From an uncultured Thermodesulfobacteriota bacterium (GTDB lineage Bacteria; Desulfobacterota; GWC2-55-46; JADFVP01): DNA of 64,000 nt. The translations under genes and the position numbers were made by a program. The notes under the pieces were generated by a model. The model worked only from the letters and a program-made list of their open reading frames with translations, ran no database searches and was not told the origin of the DNA. Below, piece by piece: positions 10,216 through 20,741 of the stretch. Position 1 is the first letter of the stretch. Every line of letters starts with the position of its first letter. The stretch is taken from positions 905 to 64,904 of the forward strand of contig CAYOVP010000005.1 of the NCBI GenBank assembly GCA_964407495.1, in the 5' to 3' direction.

Positions 10216-10329
10216 CCCACCGGCAGGGGCCGCCATAGAGGTCACGGTGCCTGCCCCTCCCTACCGGACCACCACCCTACCCTATCCCCCAAAACCGCCA
10301 CTCTCTCATGCAGATATTCAGTCCTTACT

Positions 10330-13005
10330 TTACTTATCGGACCCTGGCAGGAGTAGCGGCAGTACAAAGAGCGTAGAGACAACTGTAAGGACTATGCCCA
10401 CGGTAAGGAGGTGTCCCATACTCGCCATGCCCCTGTGGTGAGAGAAGGCGAGGCCGCCGAAACTTATGACAGTGGTAAGGGCGCTGTAGAAGACCGCCCT
10501 CGAGGTGCTGGACCTCAGGAGAGCGCCCGGCGCCGTGGGCGTGGTGCGCGCCCGGTGCACCACGTGTATGCCGTTATCCACGCCAATACCGAGAAAGAGC
10601 GGCAGGGCGATGATGTTGGCAAAGTTGAATGGTATGTGCAGGATGACCGTTGCCGCGCCCGTAAGGAGCCCGGCGTACACGAGGGGCAGGAGTATGAGGG
10701 CCGTGTCCCTGGCGTCGCGCAGTATGACGAGGAGTATGATGATTATGAAGACAAGGGCATAGATAAAGGCCTGGCGAAAGGCATGCACAACCGTTCGGCC
10801 CGACTCCACTATGACCACCGGAAGGCCCGTTGCGTCCGGCTCTACGGTGCGCACACCCTCCACGAACTCGGCGAGGTCGGCAGGGTCAGAGATGTTCTTC
10901 TTTGGGAAGACCTTTATGAGCCTCGACCCGGTGCGGCCCACCCAGTGCCCGACAAGGTCTGGCGGCAGGTCGCTGAAGGTCACTGGCCCGGCCTCGAGGG
11001 ACTCTCGAAGGAGAGCGAGTCGTGCCGGCAGACCGGCAAGAAGGGCCTTCTCGAACTCCGAGACAAGGGCCTCTCCCTCGCGGGGCCCGGTTTTGTCCAC
11101 CTTTTCCATGAGCGCCTCTATTGCGCTGAGGGTGGCGCCTGCGGCCTCCCTCTCCCCGGGCCTTACTGACTCAGAGGATGCGTATCTCCTGAGCGCCCTC
11201 TCAAGGTCTTTTAGGGCCTCGATACGCGAGGCCCCCTCTTTCCCTGCCCCTGCCGGAGCCGTCTCTTGGCCCCATGGTTCGAGGCCAGGGCCCATGAGCA
11301 TGGATATCTCCTCAATTATATCGAGTTTCTCGTCCTGGTCCCTGGGCACGAAATCATATATGCTCACTGCCTTGTCAACGACTGGAAGGGCCTTGAGTTT
11401 CTTTACGCTCCGGGCAACGTCCTCGCCCTTGCCCTTTACCACCATTATGGTAAGCGGCGAGGAGCCCGGCTCCTTCATTAGTTCGTTGAAGGTGGCAACA
11501 GACTCCATGGAGGCGTCGCGAAGGTTCATGGGATTACCGTCAAAACGCACCCCGCCCAGAAGGGCCACGGAGCCGGCGCCTACGAGGGTAAGGAAAAGGA
11601 GTATGGGGAAGCGCCTGGCGCGGGCCCTGTCCATGAGGCCAGGCCCCGGCGGAGTGCCCGGGGGGGTCTTCGGGTCATGGCCACGCACCCTGAGGGGCCG
11701 GAGAGAGACGAGGGCAGGGAGAAAGGTAAGGCTTACGAAGAGACTGATGAAGATACCCGTGCCTGATATGAGGCCCAGTTCAGATACGCCGGAGTAGGCT
11801 GTCGGCATGAATGAATAAAAGCCCGCGGCAGTGGTGATGGTACAGAGGACAAGAGAGGCCCCAACGTCTCCTGCGGCCATTCGCATGGCCTCGGCGTGAG
11901 GGCGCCCCTCAAAGACGAGTTCACGGTAGCGCAGGCAGAGATGGATGGCAAAGTCTATTCCAAGGCCTATGTACAGGACGGCAAAGGCCATGGAGATCAT
12001 ATTCAGGTTGCCAACGGTTGCCGTGGCAAAGGCCGCTGTGCCTATGATGCCGCAAAGGAGCGTGACCATGGAGGCCACGAGCATGGTAAGGCTCCTGAGG
12101 GCCACGAAGAGTATGATACAGACAGCGAGAAAGGCCGCTATGCTCGCAAGCCCTGCGCCTTGGCTCACGCTCTTGAATTCCTCGTTGGCGAGGGCCACGG
12201 ACCCGGTAAGGCGCACACGCACGCCGCTGGACTCTGTAAGGGAGAGTTCCTGCACCAAGGCCCGTATCCTCTGCATGGCGGCCTCGCCCTGGAAGAGTTC
12301 GGAGAAGTTGAGCCTGGGCTGGACTATGATGAACCGCCTCCTGTCCGAGGGTTTGCTCTTTTTGCCGAGCATTATGTCCTGCCAGGCGAGGCGGTAAAAA
12401 CGCCCCTCTCTCGTAGCGCGCGCCGCTTCCCCAACACCCTCGAGGACAGGCCTCAACTCGAACTCCTCGCCCACGTCGCCCTCTTCCACGGCCTTCATCG
12501 CCTCTTTGAGCATGGAGAAGAAACCACTTAGGCTCTGGTCTGCCATGAGTTTGCCGAGAAAGGGCTGGACCTGGGCAAGGTGGTCTGAGAGGTCTTCGAG
12601 TTTCTCCACGCTAAGGTACAGGAGCCCGTTACGCCTGAAGAACTCGCTCCCACCAGGGCGGTACACGCTCTTGAAGAGCGTCTTCTCCTTGCCAAGGCGC
12701 ACCTCGAGCCTCTCTGCCGCACTCTCGGCAAGCCCTGGTGTGGCGCCGTCTATGACTATGGCTATCTCGCCAAAGTACTCTGGGAACTCCTTCTTGTACT
12801 CGAGGTAGGTCTTCCTCCAGGGGAGTTTCTCGGAGATCATCTTCGAGGCATCGGTGTTGATGCCTATGTGGTGAACCGTGTAGTTGAGAAGGAAGGCCGT
12901 GAGGATGAAGAAGGCGATGACCACTGGCCAGGCATGGGAAGAGACAAAGCCCACCCATGATGAGAGCGCCCTGCCTATGAGACCTGTACTTATGCTCTGT
13001 TTCAT
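10330..13005 (-). CDS. hpnN: RND/MMPL-superfamily hopanoid transporter HpnN-like
   Basis: 891 aa with two 6-TM bundles separated by large periplasmic loops, the MMPL/SSD architecture. Position next to hpnM is typical. Confidence 0.75.
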   Translation of the reverse strand: MKQSISTGLIGRALSSWVGFVSSHAWPVVIAFFILTAFLLNYTVHHIGINTDASKMISEKLPWRKTYLEYKKEFPEYFGEIAIVIDGATPGLAESAAERLEVRLGKEKTLFKSVYRPGGSEFFRRNGLLYLSVEKLEDLSDHLAQVQPFLGKLMADQSLSGFFSMLKEAMKAVEEGDVGEEFELRPVLEGVGEAARATREGRFYRLAWQDIMLGKKSKPSDRRRFIIVQPRLNFSELFQGEAAMQRIRALVQELSLTESSGVRVRLTGSVALANEEFKSVSQGAGLASIAAFLAVCIILFVALRSLTMLVASMVTLLCGIIGTAAFATATVGNLNMISMAFAVLYIGLGIDFAIHLCLRYRELVFEGRPHAEAMRMAAGDVGASLVLCTITTAAGFYSFMPTAYSGVSELGLISGTGIFISLFVSLTFLPALVSLRPLRVRGHDPKTPPGTPPGPGLMDRARARRFPILLFLTLVGAGSVALLGGVRFDGNPMNLRDASMESVATFNELMKEPGSSPLTIMVVKGKGEDVARSVKKLKALPVVDKAVSIYDFVPRDQDEKLDIIEEISMLMGPGLEPWGQETAPAGAGKEGASRIEALKDLERALRRYASSESVRPGEREAAGATLSAIEALMEKVDKTGPREGEALVSEFEKALLAGLPARLALLRESLEAGPVTFSDLPPDLVGHWVGRTGSRLIKVFPKKNISDPADLAEFVEGVRTVEPDATGLPVVIVESGRTVVHAFRQAFIYALVFIIIILLVILRDARDTALILLPLVYAGLLTGAATVILHIPFNFANIIALPLFLGIGVDNGIHVVHRARTTPTAPGALLRSSTSRAVFYSALTTVISFGGLAFSHHRGMASMGHLLTVGIVLTVVSTLFVLPLLLPGSDK

Positions 13006-13289
13006 GGATACCCTCAGATCTCCCCCTGGGGCCTTGAGGGCCCTCGGCCAGGCCCCTTCTGCGAACAGGCCTTTGGTTCACCTCAGGCCGGGCATCTACC
13101 CTCCTGAGTTGTCTTTTATGCGGCGCTGTGATATCTTTTGCCCGACGCGCACCCAGGTTTCCCCAGAGGGGCGAAGGCCGGCGCATGGGCCCCTGAGACC
13201 AACACCGCGATGGTCATGGTACAGCATGACATATTGCAACACCGTGACCGAAAATACAAGGCCTCTGCCGGGCCGGGCCCGGATTTTAC

Positions 13290-14699
13290 ATGAAAAAGAG
13301 AGAAAAAGACAGCCCTGGCGCCCAGGTATCCACGGCGGTCATCGTGGCCGCAGGGCTTGGTACGCGCATGGAGGGGTACGAAGAAGGGGCTGATCCAAAG
13401 CCACTCCTGCCCCTCGTGGGCGTGCCCATCATTGGCCGTGTCATGGCCGGCGCGGCAAGGGCAGGCATCAGCCGCCTTGTCGTTGTAATAGGCAACAAGG
13501 CAGAGGCCATGAGAGAGCGCCTCCCAACACTCACACCGCCAGGGGCTGAACTGATACTCGTAGAGAACACCCGATACAGAGAGCCCAACGGCCTGAGCCT
13601 CCTTGCGGGCCTTGGCGCAGCACATGGCCCCTTCGCGCTCCTCATGTCCGACCATATCTTCAGCCCGGAGCGCCTGGAACTCGCCATAAAGGCCTTTGGC
13701 AGGGACGGTACGCCGAGGCTCGTTGTAGAGAAGAAAGAGGACTTCACAGGAGACATCGAAGACGCCACCCTCGTAGGCGTAGACAACGAAGGCTTCATCC
13801 GTGCCATAGGAAAGGGCCTTACAGAGTATCACGCTATTGATACGGGCATGTTCGTCCTATGCCCAGACCTCGTGCGTGAGGCCGCAGAAAAGGCCGGCCC
13901 CTCGCCCTCCATCTCGGAGATAATGGGCGTACTCGCAGGAGAAAGAAAACTCAAGGCCCTCTTCCTTGATGCCGGCTACTGGCAGGACGTGGACACTCCC
14001 GCCGACATGCAAGAGGCCGAGAAGAAACTCTACGCATCTCTCGTAAAGCCTGCCGATGGTTTCATGGCCCGGCACGTCAACAGGAAGATAAGCCTCTTTA
14101 TAAGCACCCGTATCTGGCGCTTAGGCGTAACGCCCAACATGGTCACCACCTTTACCCTTGTCCTCGGCCTCCTGGCAGGCCTTGCCTTCTCGCGCGGCCC
14201 CGGGGCTGGCTGGGGGCTCCTTGGGGCCGCGCTCTTCCAGGCACACTCCATAATCGACGGCGTGGACGGAGAACTCGCCAGGCTCCTCCTCAAGGAGAGC
14301 AACCTTGGTTTCTGGTACGATATCGGTGCAGACAACATCACGCACATGGCCGTCTTCGCGGGCATTGCCATGGGGCAGAGGGCAGGGGGCGTGCCCGGGC
14401 CATGGGTGGCACTGGGCATTTTTTCAGCCCTCGGTGTCCTCGTCAGCGTAATAGCCCTCTCGCCCCTGCTGAAACCAGAGAGAAGAGGGCAAAAAGCGGC
14501 CACCAAGAAGAAGGGCCTCAAGAAGACAGTGGAGGCCCTTACGAGCCGGGACTTCTCCTATCTCCTCTTCCCCCTTGCCGTACTGCACTGGCTCGGCGGC
14601 TTTCTCTGGATAATAACCATAGGCACATGGATATACTCGGCACTGGTGATACTACTGAGGCTCAGGGCGCGGCCAGGGGGCGAGGGGGCCGCGGCCTGA
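13290..14699 (+). CDS. Bifunctional nucleotidyltransferase / CDP-alcohol phosphatidyltransferase (IPCT/DIPPS-like: inositol-1-phosphate cytidylyltransferase / di-myo-inositol-phosphate-phosphate synthase)
   Basis: N-terminal NTP_transferase 'VIVAAGLGTRM', C-terminal multi-TM domain with the CDP-OH_P_transf motif 'DGVDGELAR..G....G...D' and 'PNMVT'. Same two-domain order as archaeal/thermophilic IPCT-DIPPS fusions. Confidence 0.7.
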   Translation: MKKREKDSPGAQVSTAVIVAAGLGTRMEGYEEGADPKPLLPLVGVPIIGRVMAGAARAGISRLVVVIGNKAEAMRERLPTLTPPGAELILVENTRYREPNGLSLLAGLGAAHGPFALLMSDHIFSPERLELAIKAFGRDGTPRLVVEKKEDFTGDIEDATLVGVDNEGFIRAIGKGLTEYHAIDTGMFVLCPDLVREAAEKAGPSPSISEIMGVLAGERKLKALFLDAGYWQDVDTPADMQEAEKKLYASLVKPADGFMARHVNRKISLFISTRIWRLGVTPNMVTTFTLVLGLLAGLAFSRGPGAGWGLLGAALFQAHSIIDGVDGELARLLLKESNLGFWYDIGADNITHMAVFAGIAMGQRAGGVPGPWVALGIFSALGVLVSVIALSPLLKPERRGQKAATKKKGLKKTVEALTSRDFSYLLFPLAVLHWLGGFLWIITIGTWIYSALVILLRLRARPGGEGAAA

Positions 14700-15682
14700 A
14701 GGCGGTCCTTGTTGGGGCCGGTCTCCTGCTTGCGGCCTGGCTCATCTGGAGACTGGGCCCGGCAGAGGTCTGGAAGACCCTCGCAGGGGGGTGGTGGCCG
14801 GGGTTTGCCGGTGTAGTGGGGGCCTATCTCCTCCAGCAGGGCCTGGGGACCTTTGCTCTCTGGCTCCTTGGCACACGGAGAAGCGGGCCTGGATGGGCCA
14901 AGACAGGGGTCATGGGCCTTGCGCGCATCCGGTACATAGGCGAGGTCCTGAACTATGCCATGCCAACGGGAGGAATAGGAGGCGAGCCCTACAAACTCCT
15001 GGCCCTTTCCAGGAAAGAAGGGGTCAACTCGTCTTTCATGGCCCTTGCGGCGGCAAAGTTCCTCCACGTTGCGGCAGTAGGGCCCTTTGCCTCTGCTGTC
15101 TTTGCCGGAGCGGCCATAGAGGGCATGGGCGGGCCCAAGTGGCACCATACCTTCACAGTCATGGCCCTGGTCATGGCAGCCATGACCGTCTTCCTCTGGC
15201 TCGTCGTCCTCTGGAGCCGGACAGGCCGCGAACTCCTTGGAGGTTACTACCGCGTAAGGCACCGGGTGCCGAGAAAACTCCGCGGCCTCAGGCGCTTTCT
15301 CCACATCGATGTTGCAGCCTCAAAGGAGATAAAGCGCGCTCCGGCACGGGCCATTGTGGCATATGCCTGTTACATTGGCATGTGGGTAGCCGCATCCACC
15401 GAGTGGATAGCCATCTCTCGTGTCATAGGGGGGGGAGGCACAGGGCTCGGCCTCATCGGCGCCGGGCTCTTCGAGTGCGCCACGATAATAGTAGCCGCCG
15501 CTCTGCCCGTACCAGCAGGCATGGGCACCCAGGAGACAGGGAAGGCGGCTGTAGCGGTCCTACTCGGCCTCCCGCCCCAGGCGGGCCTTGCCATGAGCCT
15601 CGTCAGGAGGGGACGGGAGATACTCATGGTGGTAACGGGCATAGCCCTTGCCCTCTCCACCAGGAAAAAACAGGCCCCCTAA
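14627..15682 (+). CDS. hpnL: UPF0104/MprF-TM-like membrane protein, HpnL-like
   Basis: Multi-TM protein with a 'PTGGIGGEPYK' motif like the lysyl-PG synthase TM (flippase) region. First in-frame ATG is at 14627 (73-nt overlap with the upstream gene). The ORF track begins at 14402. Confidence 0.55.
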   Translation: MDILGTGDTTEAQGAARGRGGRGLKAVLVGAGLLLAAWLIWRLGPAEVWKTLAGGWWPGFAGVVGAYLLQQGLGTFALWLLGTRRSGPGWAKTGVMGLARIRYIGEVLNYAMPTGGIGGEPYKLLALSRKEGVNSSFMALAAAKFLHVAAVGPFASAVFAGAAIEGMGGPKWHHTFTVMALVMAAMTVFLWLVVLWSRTGRELLGGYYRVRHRVPRKLRGLRRFLHIDVAASKEIKRAPARAIVAYACYIGMWVAASTEWIAISRVIGGGGTGLGLIGAGLFECATIIVAAALPVPAGMGTQETGKAAVAVLLGLPPQAGLAMSLVRRGREILMVVTGIALALSTRKKQAP

Positions 15683-15796
15683 CCAAGATGTGGCGATACC
15701 AAGGGGCGCGCCCTTCTTGACACTCTGCCCCCCTGGTGCTAACTTTAATCAAGGCCCTTACCACGCATATTCTCCAGAGACCCAATACCCGGACAG

Positions 15797-17110
15797 ATGA
15801 AGATACATATAATCCAGCCCACGCACTTTGCGGCGCCGGGCTCACGCAAACTCTTCAAGACGAGAAAACTCAACCTCGTTCCCCTCTCCATCGCCTACCT
15901 CGCGGCCCTCATGCCAGAGGGGAGCGAGGTGCGCCTTACAGACGAACGGGTGCAGGACCTCGACCTCGACGAGGGCTTCGACCTCGTGCTCATCAGCGTC
16001 TGGACCATAAACTCGCTTCGGGCCTACGAGATAGCCGACGCCTACCGCTCCCGTGGAGTACCCGTCATACTGGGCGGGCCCCACTGCTTCTTCTATGCCG
16101 AGGAGGCCGCCGCCCACGCCGATGCCGTGGGCATAGGCGAGGGCGAGGTCATACTGCCGGATATCTTCAAAGACCTCAACAAGGGTAATCTAAAAAAATT
16201 CTACCATGCCCGCAAGTTTCACGACCTAAAGGGACTGCCCCTGCCGCGCCGAGACCTCCTCGACAGACGGGCCTTTACGCGCTTTCACACCGTTGCAGTG
16301 CAGACGAGCAGAGGGTGTCCCTTTTCGTGCGAGTTCTGCGCCGAGAGGTTCTATCTCGGTTCGAGGTACCGCATGCGGCCCGTTGACGAAGTGGTGGAGG
16401 AGATAAAGGCCACGGGGTCACGCCGCATATTCTTTGCGGACAGTACGTTCTCTGGCAATCGTGGCCGTACCATGCGGCTCATGGAGGCCCTTATTCCGCT
16501 GAAATTAAGGTGGAGCGCCCTCTGGACGGCCAACCGCGTCCTTGAACGCGACTTCATGGAACTGGCCAAGAAAAGCGGGCTCCTCCACGTGAACCTCGGC
16601 ATAGAGAGCATCAAACAGACCACCCTCGACGGCATGCACAAGAAGACCTCCAAGGCCGCTACCCTCAAAGACGTAATAAGGGCGCTTCGAGATCTTGATA
16701 TCAGTTTTTCCTTCAACCTCATCTTCGGCTGGGACACTGACCATGTGGAGGACTTCCAGACAACCCTCCAGTTCCTTAAAGAGAACAAGGTTCACGTCGC
16801 CTTCTTCAACTCCTTCTGCCCTTACAAGGGTACGCCGGTGTACAAGAAGTACCTCGAAGAGGGCCGTATAATAGACCCTGAGAACCTGAATCGCTGGCCC
16901 GGCATCTCGGCCCGTGTACGGCCAAAAAACTTCACTCCCGAGGAACTGGCCCGCGGCATCAGCGAGATGTACAGGGACTTCTACTCCTGGCCCTCCATAC
17001 TCAAGCGCCTGCCCATGCCAACGTCCATGGCCTCCATTACATCCTGGGTCATGAACATCTCGCAGAGAAAGATGGCCACAGGGAAAAACACCAACTTTGC
17101 AGAGTACTGA
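15797..17110 (+). CDS. hpnJ: B12-binding radical SAM protein, HpnJ-like
   Basis: N-terminal cobalamin-binding domain ('VPLSIAYLAA', 'VILGGPH') then radical SAM 'CPFSCEFC'. Cannot exclude an HpnP/HpnR-type methylase from sequence alone. Confidence 0.65.
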   Translation: MKIHIIQPTHFAAPGSRKLFKTRKLNLVPLSIAYLAALMPEGSEVRLTDERVQDLDLDEGFDLVLISVWTINSLRAYEIADAYRSRGVPVILGGPHCFFYAEEAAAHADAVGIGEGEVILPDIFKDLNKGNLKKFYHARKFHDLKGLPLPRRDLLDRRAFTRFHTVAVQTSRGCPFSCEFCAERFYLGSRYRMRPVDEVVEEIKATGSRRIFFADSTFSGNRGRTMRLMEALIPLKLRWSALWTANRVLERDFMELAKKSGLLHVNLGIESIKQTTLDGMHKKTSKAATLKDVIRALRDLDISFSFNLIFGWDTDHVEDFQTTLQFLKENKVHVAFFNSFCPYKGTPVYKKYLEEGRIIDPENLNRWPGISARVRPKNFTPEELARGISEMYRDFYSWPSILKRLPMPTSMASITSWVMNISQRKMATGKNTNFAEY

Positions 17111-17332
17111 ACCTCTGCCGGCACCGCTCTCCGGCAGAGGCTCCTGGCACTGATCTTTCCTTGTTCCTGTTTTCTAATGAGTTGGTTGTTGCGGGCTTGC
17201 CCCGGCCCTGCCTCGCTGACCGAACCTGCCGCTAATAGGGGTGTTCCCTGACCCGCTTTCTTTCTTGAGGATGACGATACTGTGCCCTGCGCGAAAGCCT
17301 CCGCAGGGGAACGTCAGGTCTGCGCTAAAAGC

Positions 17333-17375
17333 GGTTTTCTTTGTCTTACTTTCTTTTTTCCAAAAGAAAGTAAGG
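17333..17375 (+). repeat. Intergenic palindromic repeat, copy 1 (family consensus ggttttctttg-yc-yyactttctttttyccaaaagaaagtrrg)
   Basis: 'ggttttctttgtcttactttcttttttccaaaagaaagtaagg' contains the inverted repeat actttctttt/aaaagaaagt. Near-identical copy at 58203-58245. Confidence 0.8.
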
Positions 17376-17549
17376 TGTTTTTTCTGTCATTTTTTCCCTC
17401 TTCTCTTCTCTCTCCTGCCAGAGAGGGTCTTTCTTCCGTCATTACCTTTCATCCGGCAGGTTTGCAGGGCCGCACCCTCTGTGTTAAACTTCAGGGGTAA
17501 CCTCGGAACACAGTACTGGCCCAGGGAGGGCCTTGGCAGAGATCATCAT

Positions 17550-18596
17550 ATGAGAGAGACCAAGAGAGCAAAGACGAGGCCTGGCCCCATATTCATCTTG
17601 AGGGGGCTCAAGAGGCTCTATGACTCCAAGGCCCTATACGCCCAACTCGCCGTAACAGACGACTGTAACCTCTCGTGTTCATACTGTAACGAATTCACTC
17701 CCGGGGCAAGTCCTCCCGCCCTTTCAGACCTCAAGGCCCGTGTCGACCGTCTCTCGGCACTCGGTGTCATGGTCTTCGATCTCCTCGGCGGAGAGCCCCT
17801 TCTGCACCCCGATATCCTCGAAGTCATCGGCTACATCAAGGCGCCGGGACGCAGAGCAACCATTGTAACCCTCATTACCAATGGTTTTCTCCTGAGCGAA
17901 GACATGGTTAAGGGGCTCAACGACTCTGGCCTCGACATGATGCAGATAAGCGTCGACTCCGCGCATCCCACGGCGCAGTCCGAAAAGTCTCTGAAGTCGC
18001 TCCTGCCGCGCATGAAGATGCTCGCAAGAACGGCCCGGTTCAAGGTAAAGGTCCAGTCTGTTCTAACAAAAGAGACTGCGCGCGAATACGGTGAGTTCAG
18101 GAGGCTCCTGAAGGGGCTTCCCTTTGACTTTGGTTTCTCTCTGCTCCACAGGCCTGGCGGCGGCGTGGCGATAAAGGGAGAAGAGTTCGTCCGACTCCTG
18201 CGCGATGAGAATCTCTTTGCCGGCATGAACCTCTACCGCAGGCACGCCGAGGAGGCCCTGCTGGGAGATTTCTCCAGGCCCTGGAAGTGTCTTGGGGGGA
18301 GCAAATTTCTCTATGTGAACACCCGGGGCGAGGTCCAGTACTGCAGTCAGAACAGGGAGTTCAGGCGGCCCCTCGAAGACTTCGGAAGTAATGACGTCAG
18401 GGCCAACAGGAGACACAAGTCCTGCGAGGCAGGCTGTGTGCTCGGTTGCGCCAGGCTCATCTCCCATGCCCTCGGCGAGCCGGTGCGGACCATGCAGACG
18501 AGTATCGCGCTTCTAACCGGCATAAGGCGGGCCGGGGCAGAGGCAGTACGAGACCAGGGACCACCTCACAGCGCAAGAGGGCCGCGGCCCAGTTAG
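17550..18596 (+). CDS. Radical SAM protein with C-terminal SPASM/twitch-like Cys cluster
   Basis: 'CNLSCSYC' radical SAM motif and C-terminal 'C..G......G.V..C ... CEAGCVLGC'. Start placed at an internal ATG. The ORF track N-terminus (from 17241) runs through the repeat and is not credible. Confidence 0.65.
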   Translation: MRETKRAKTRPGPIFILRGLKRLYDSKALYAQLAVTDDCNLSCSYCNEFTPGASPPALSDLKARVDRLSALGVMVFDLLGGEPLLHPDILEVIGYIKAPGRRATIVTLITNGFLLSEDMVKGLNDSGLDMMQISVDSAHPTAQSEKSLKSLLPRMKMLARTARFKVKVQSVLTKETAREYGEFRRLLKGLPFDFGFSLLHRPGGGVAIKGEEFVRLLRDENLFAGMNLYRRHAEEALLGDFSRPWKCLGGSKFLYVNTRGEVQYCSQNREFRRPLEDFGSNDVRANRRHKSCEAGCVLGCARLISHALGEPVRTMQTSIALLTGIRRAGAEAVRDQGPPHSARGPRPS

Positions 18597-18607
18597 ACGC
18601 TCGAAAA

Positions 18608-19597
18608 ATGACCACCCTTGTTACAGGCGCAACGGGTTTTGTGGGATCTGCAGTGGTGCGGGCCCTTCTCAATAGGGGCCGGGCCGTACGGGTACTTGTG
18701 CGCCCTGAGAGCAACAGGCGCAACATCGTTGGCCTCGACGTAGAGGTCGTTACCGGCGACCTTACCAAGAGGGCCTCGCTCGTCCGCGCCATGAGGGGAT
18801 GCGTGGCCTTGTACCACGTTGCCGCAGACTACCGCCTCTGGGTGCCAAGGCCCGAGGAGATGTACGAGGCCAACGAGGCCGGCACGAGGCGGATCATGGA
18901 GGCCGCGCTCGAGGCAGGCATCGAGCAGATAGTATACACAAGTAGCGTAGCGACACTCGGGCTCCGCGCCGACGGCAGGCCTGCCGACGAAGACACGCCA
19001 TCTAGCCTAAAAGACATGATCGGCCACTACAAGAGGAGCAAATTCCTTGCAGAGCAAGAGGTCAAGAAACTCATAAGAGAAGAAGGCCTCCGGGCAGTCA
19101 TCGTCAACCCCTCTACGCCCGTTGGCCCTCGCGATGTGAAGCCCACACCCACGGGACGGCTCATAGTCAATGCCCTTGCAGGCAAGATGCCTGCCTACGT
19201 AGACACGGGCCTGAATATCGTGCACGTGGACGACGTTGCCGAGGGGCATGTCCTCGCCATGGAGCGGGGAAGAATTGGCCAACGGTACATACTCGGGGGA
19301 GAGAACCTCACTCTCTCGGAGATACTCGAACGCCTTGCCACGATAGGAGGGAGAAAACCCCCGCGCATCCGCCTGCCCCACGGCCTCGTAATGCCCCTTG
19401 CCCATGTATCAGAGGCCTGGGCAAGGCTCACAGGCGCCAAGAACCCCATGCTTACGAAAGACGGGGTAAAGATGGCCAGAAAACACATGTTCTTCACGAG
19501 CAGAAAGGCCATGGAAGAACTGGACTACCGCCCAAGACCCGCCATAGAGGCGCTCCGCGATGCCGCGAGATGGTTCAGAGAGAATAACTATGCCTGA
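18608..19597 (+). CDS. hpnA: NAD-dependent epimerase/dehydratase, HpnA-like
   Basis: Rossmann 'LVTGATGFVGSAV' at the N-terminus and SDR-extended-family length. Sits inside the hpn locus. Confidence 0.75.
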   Translation: MTTLVTGATGFVGSAVVRALLNRGRAVRVLVRPESNRRNIVGLDVEVVTGDLTKRASLVRAMRGCVALYHVAADYRLWVPRPEEMYEANEAGTRRIMEAALEAGIEQIVYTSSVATLGLRADGRPADEDTPSSLKDMIGHYKRSKFLAEQEVKKLIREEGLRAVIVNPSTPVGPRDVKPTPTGRLIVNALAGKMPAYVDTGLNIVHVDDVAEGHVLAMERGRIGQRYILGGENLTLSEILERLATIGGRKPPRIRLPHGLVMPLAHVSEAWARLTGAKNPMLTKDGVKMARKHMFFTSRKAMEELDYRPRPAIEALRDAARWFRENNYA

Positions 19598-19680
19598 TGG
19601 GACTTGTTTCTGCTATAATTATGAGATATGGTCAGTAGGAGGAAAGAGCAAGGCCCTGGTTTGGCACCATGAAAGACCTT

Positions 19681-19722
19681 CCCCTTTCTTTTAGAAAAAA
19701 GAAAGGGGAGCAAAGAAAAACC
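19681..19722 (-). repeat. Intergenic palindromic repeat, copy 2 (reverse orientation)
   Basis: 'cccctttcttttagaaaaaagaaaggggagcaaagaaaaacc' carries the same arm/tail structure. Upstream of ispH. Confidence 0.7.
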
Positions 19723-19795
19723 AGTTTTTGCCTATTAATCCAGGAACGAAAAACACAGGGCAAAACCCGCGTCTCCATAGAGAGGACAACCTGGC

Positions 19796-20710
19796 ATGAA
19801 ACTTCTTCTTGCAGAACCAAGGGGCTTCTGCGCAGGCGTAGAACGCGCTGTACTTACTGTGGAGAGGGCTCTCGAGAAGTACGGGGCTCCCATATACGTA
19901 CGCCATGAGATAGTGCACAACCGCCACGTGGTGGACAGTCTAAAGAACAAGGGAGTAATCTTTGTAGACGAACTCGACGAGGTCCCGGACGGCTCGGTGG
20001 TCATATTCAGCGCCCACGGCGTGTCAAGGAAAGTCAAGGCAGAGGGTCAGAGACGCGACCTCATCGTGATAGACGCCACCTGTCCTCTTGTGACAAAGGT
20101 GCACAGGGAGGCGCGGAGAAACGCCAGTGAGGGCCGCGAGCAGATACTCATCGGCCACGCAGGCCACCCCGAGGTGGTGGGGACGATGGGGCAGGTGGAT
20201 GGCCCCATGCACCTCGTCTCCTCGCCAGAGGACGTGGAGGCACTGGAGATAAAAAACCCGGACAACGTATCATACGTGACACAGACCACGCTCAGCATGG
20301 ACGACATGGCCGACATAGTGGCGGCGCTAAAGAAACGCTTCAGGAACATCCGGGGCCCCATGCGAGAGAACATATGCTATGCGACTCAGAACCGCCAGAA
20401 CGCCGTCAAGGCAGTGATAAAAAAGGTAGACCTACTTATAGTCGTAGGGGCCAGGAACAGTTCGAATTCCAACCGCCTCCGTGAACTGGGCGCAAGGTAC
20501 GGCGTACCATCCTACCTCGTGAGTACAGCAACTGACATAAGAGAGGAATGGCTCAATGGGGCCAGGAGGGTGGCCATTACAGCAGGGGCCTCGGCGCCCG
20601 AACTCCTCGTAAAGGAAGTCATCGAGTACCTGAAGGCCAGGTCTGGCGGCCTTACAATCGAGGACATAAAGGTAACGGACGAGAACGTGAAGTTCAGCCT
20701 CCCCATATAG
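19796..20710 (+). CDS. ispH: 4-hydroxy-3-methylbut-2-enyl diphosphate reductase
   Basis: '[14 protein letters not shown]', '[10 protein letters not shown]' and conserved Cys of IspH/LytB. An ispH copy is a frequent member of hpn clusters. Confidence 0.85.
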   Translation: MKLLLAEPRGFCAGVERAVLTVERALEKYGAPIYVRHEIVHNRHVVDSLKNKGVIFVDELDEVPDGSVVIFSAHGVSRKVKAEGQRRDLIVIDATCPLVTKVHREARRNASEGREQILIGHAGHPEVVGTMGQVDGPMHLVSSPEDVEALEIKNPDNVSYVTQTTLSMDDMADIVAALKKRFRNIRGPMRENICYATQNRQNAVKAVIKKVDLLIVVGARNSSNSNRLRELGARYGVPSYLVSTATDIREEWLNGARRVAITAGASAPELLVKEVIEYLKARSGGLTIEDIKVTDENVKFSLPI

Positions 20711-20741
20711 CCCGATACGGCAGAAGGGATAGAGGTAAGGC

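Noticed and set aside
14402-14626. ORF-track start of the HpnL-like gene at 14402
   Set aside because: Would overlap the IPCT/DIPPS gene by ~300 nt and add a non-membrane, Pro/Gly-rich leader. The first in-frame ATG at 14627 precedes the first TM helix. Start remains uncertain (73-nt overlap).
17241-17549. N-terminal extension of the rSAM/SPASM ORF starting at 17241
   Set aside because: The extension reads through the palindromic repeat at 17333-17375 and encodes a Phe/Leu-rich artefact. The conserved radical SAM sequence begins after the internal ATG at 17550.
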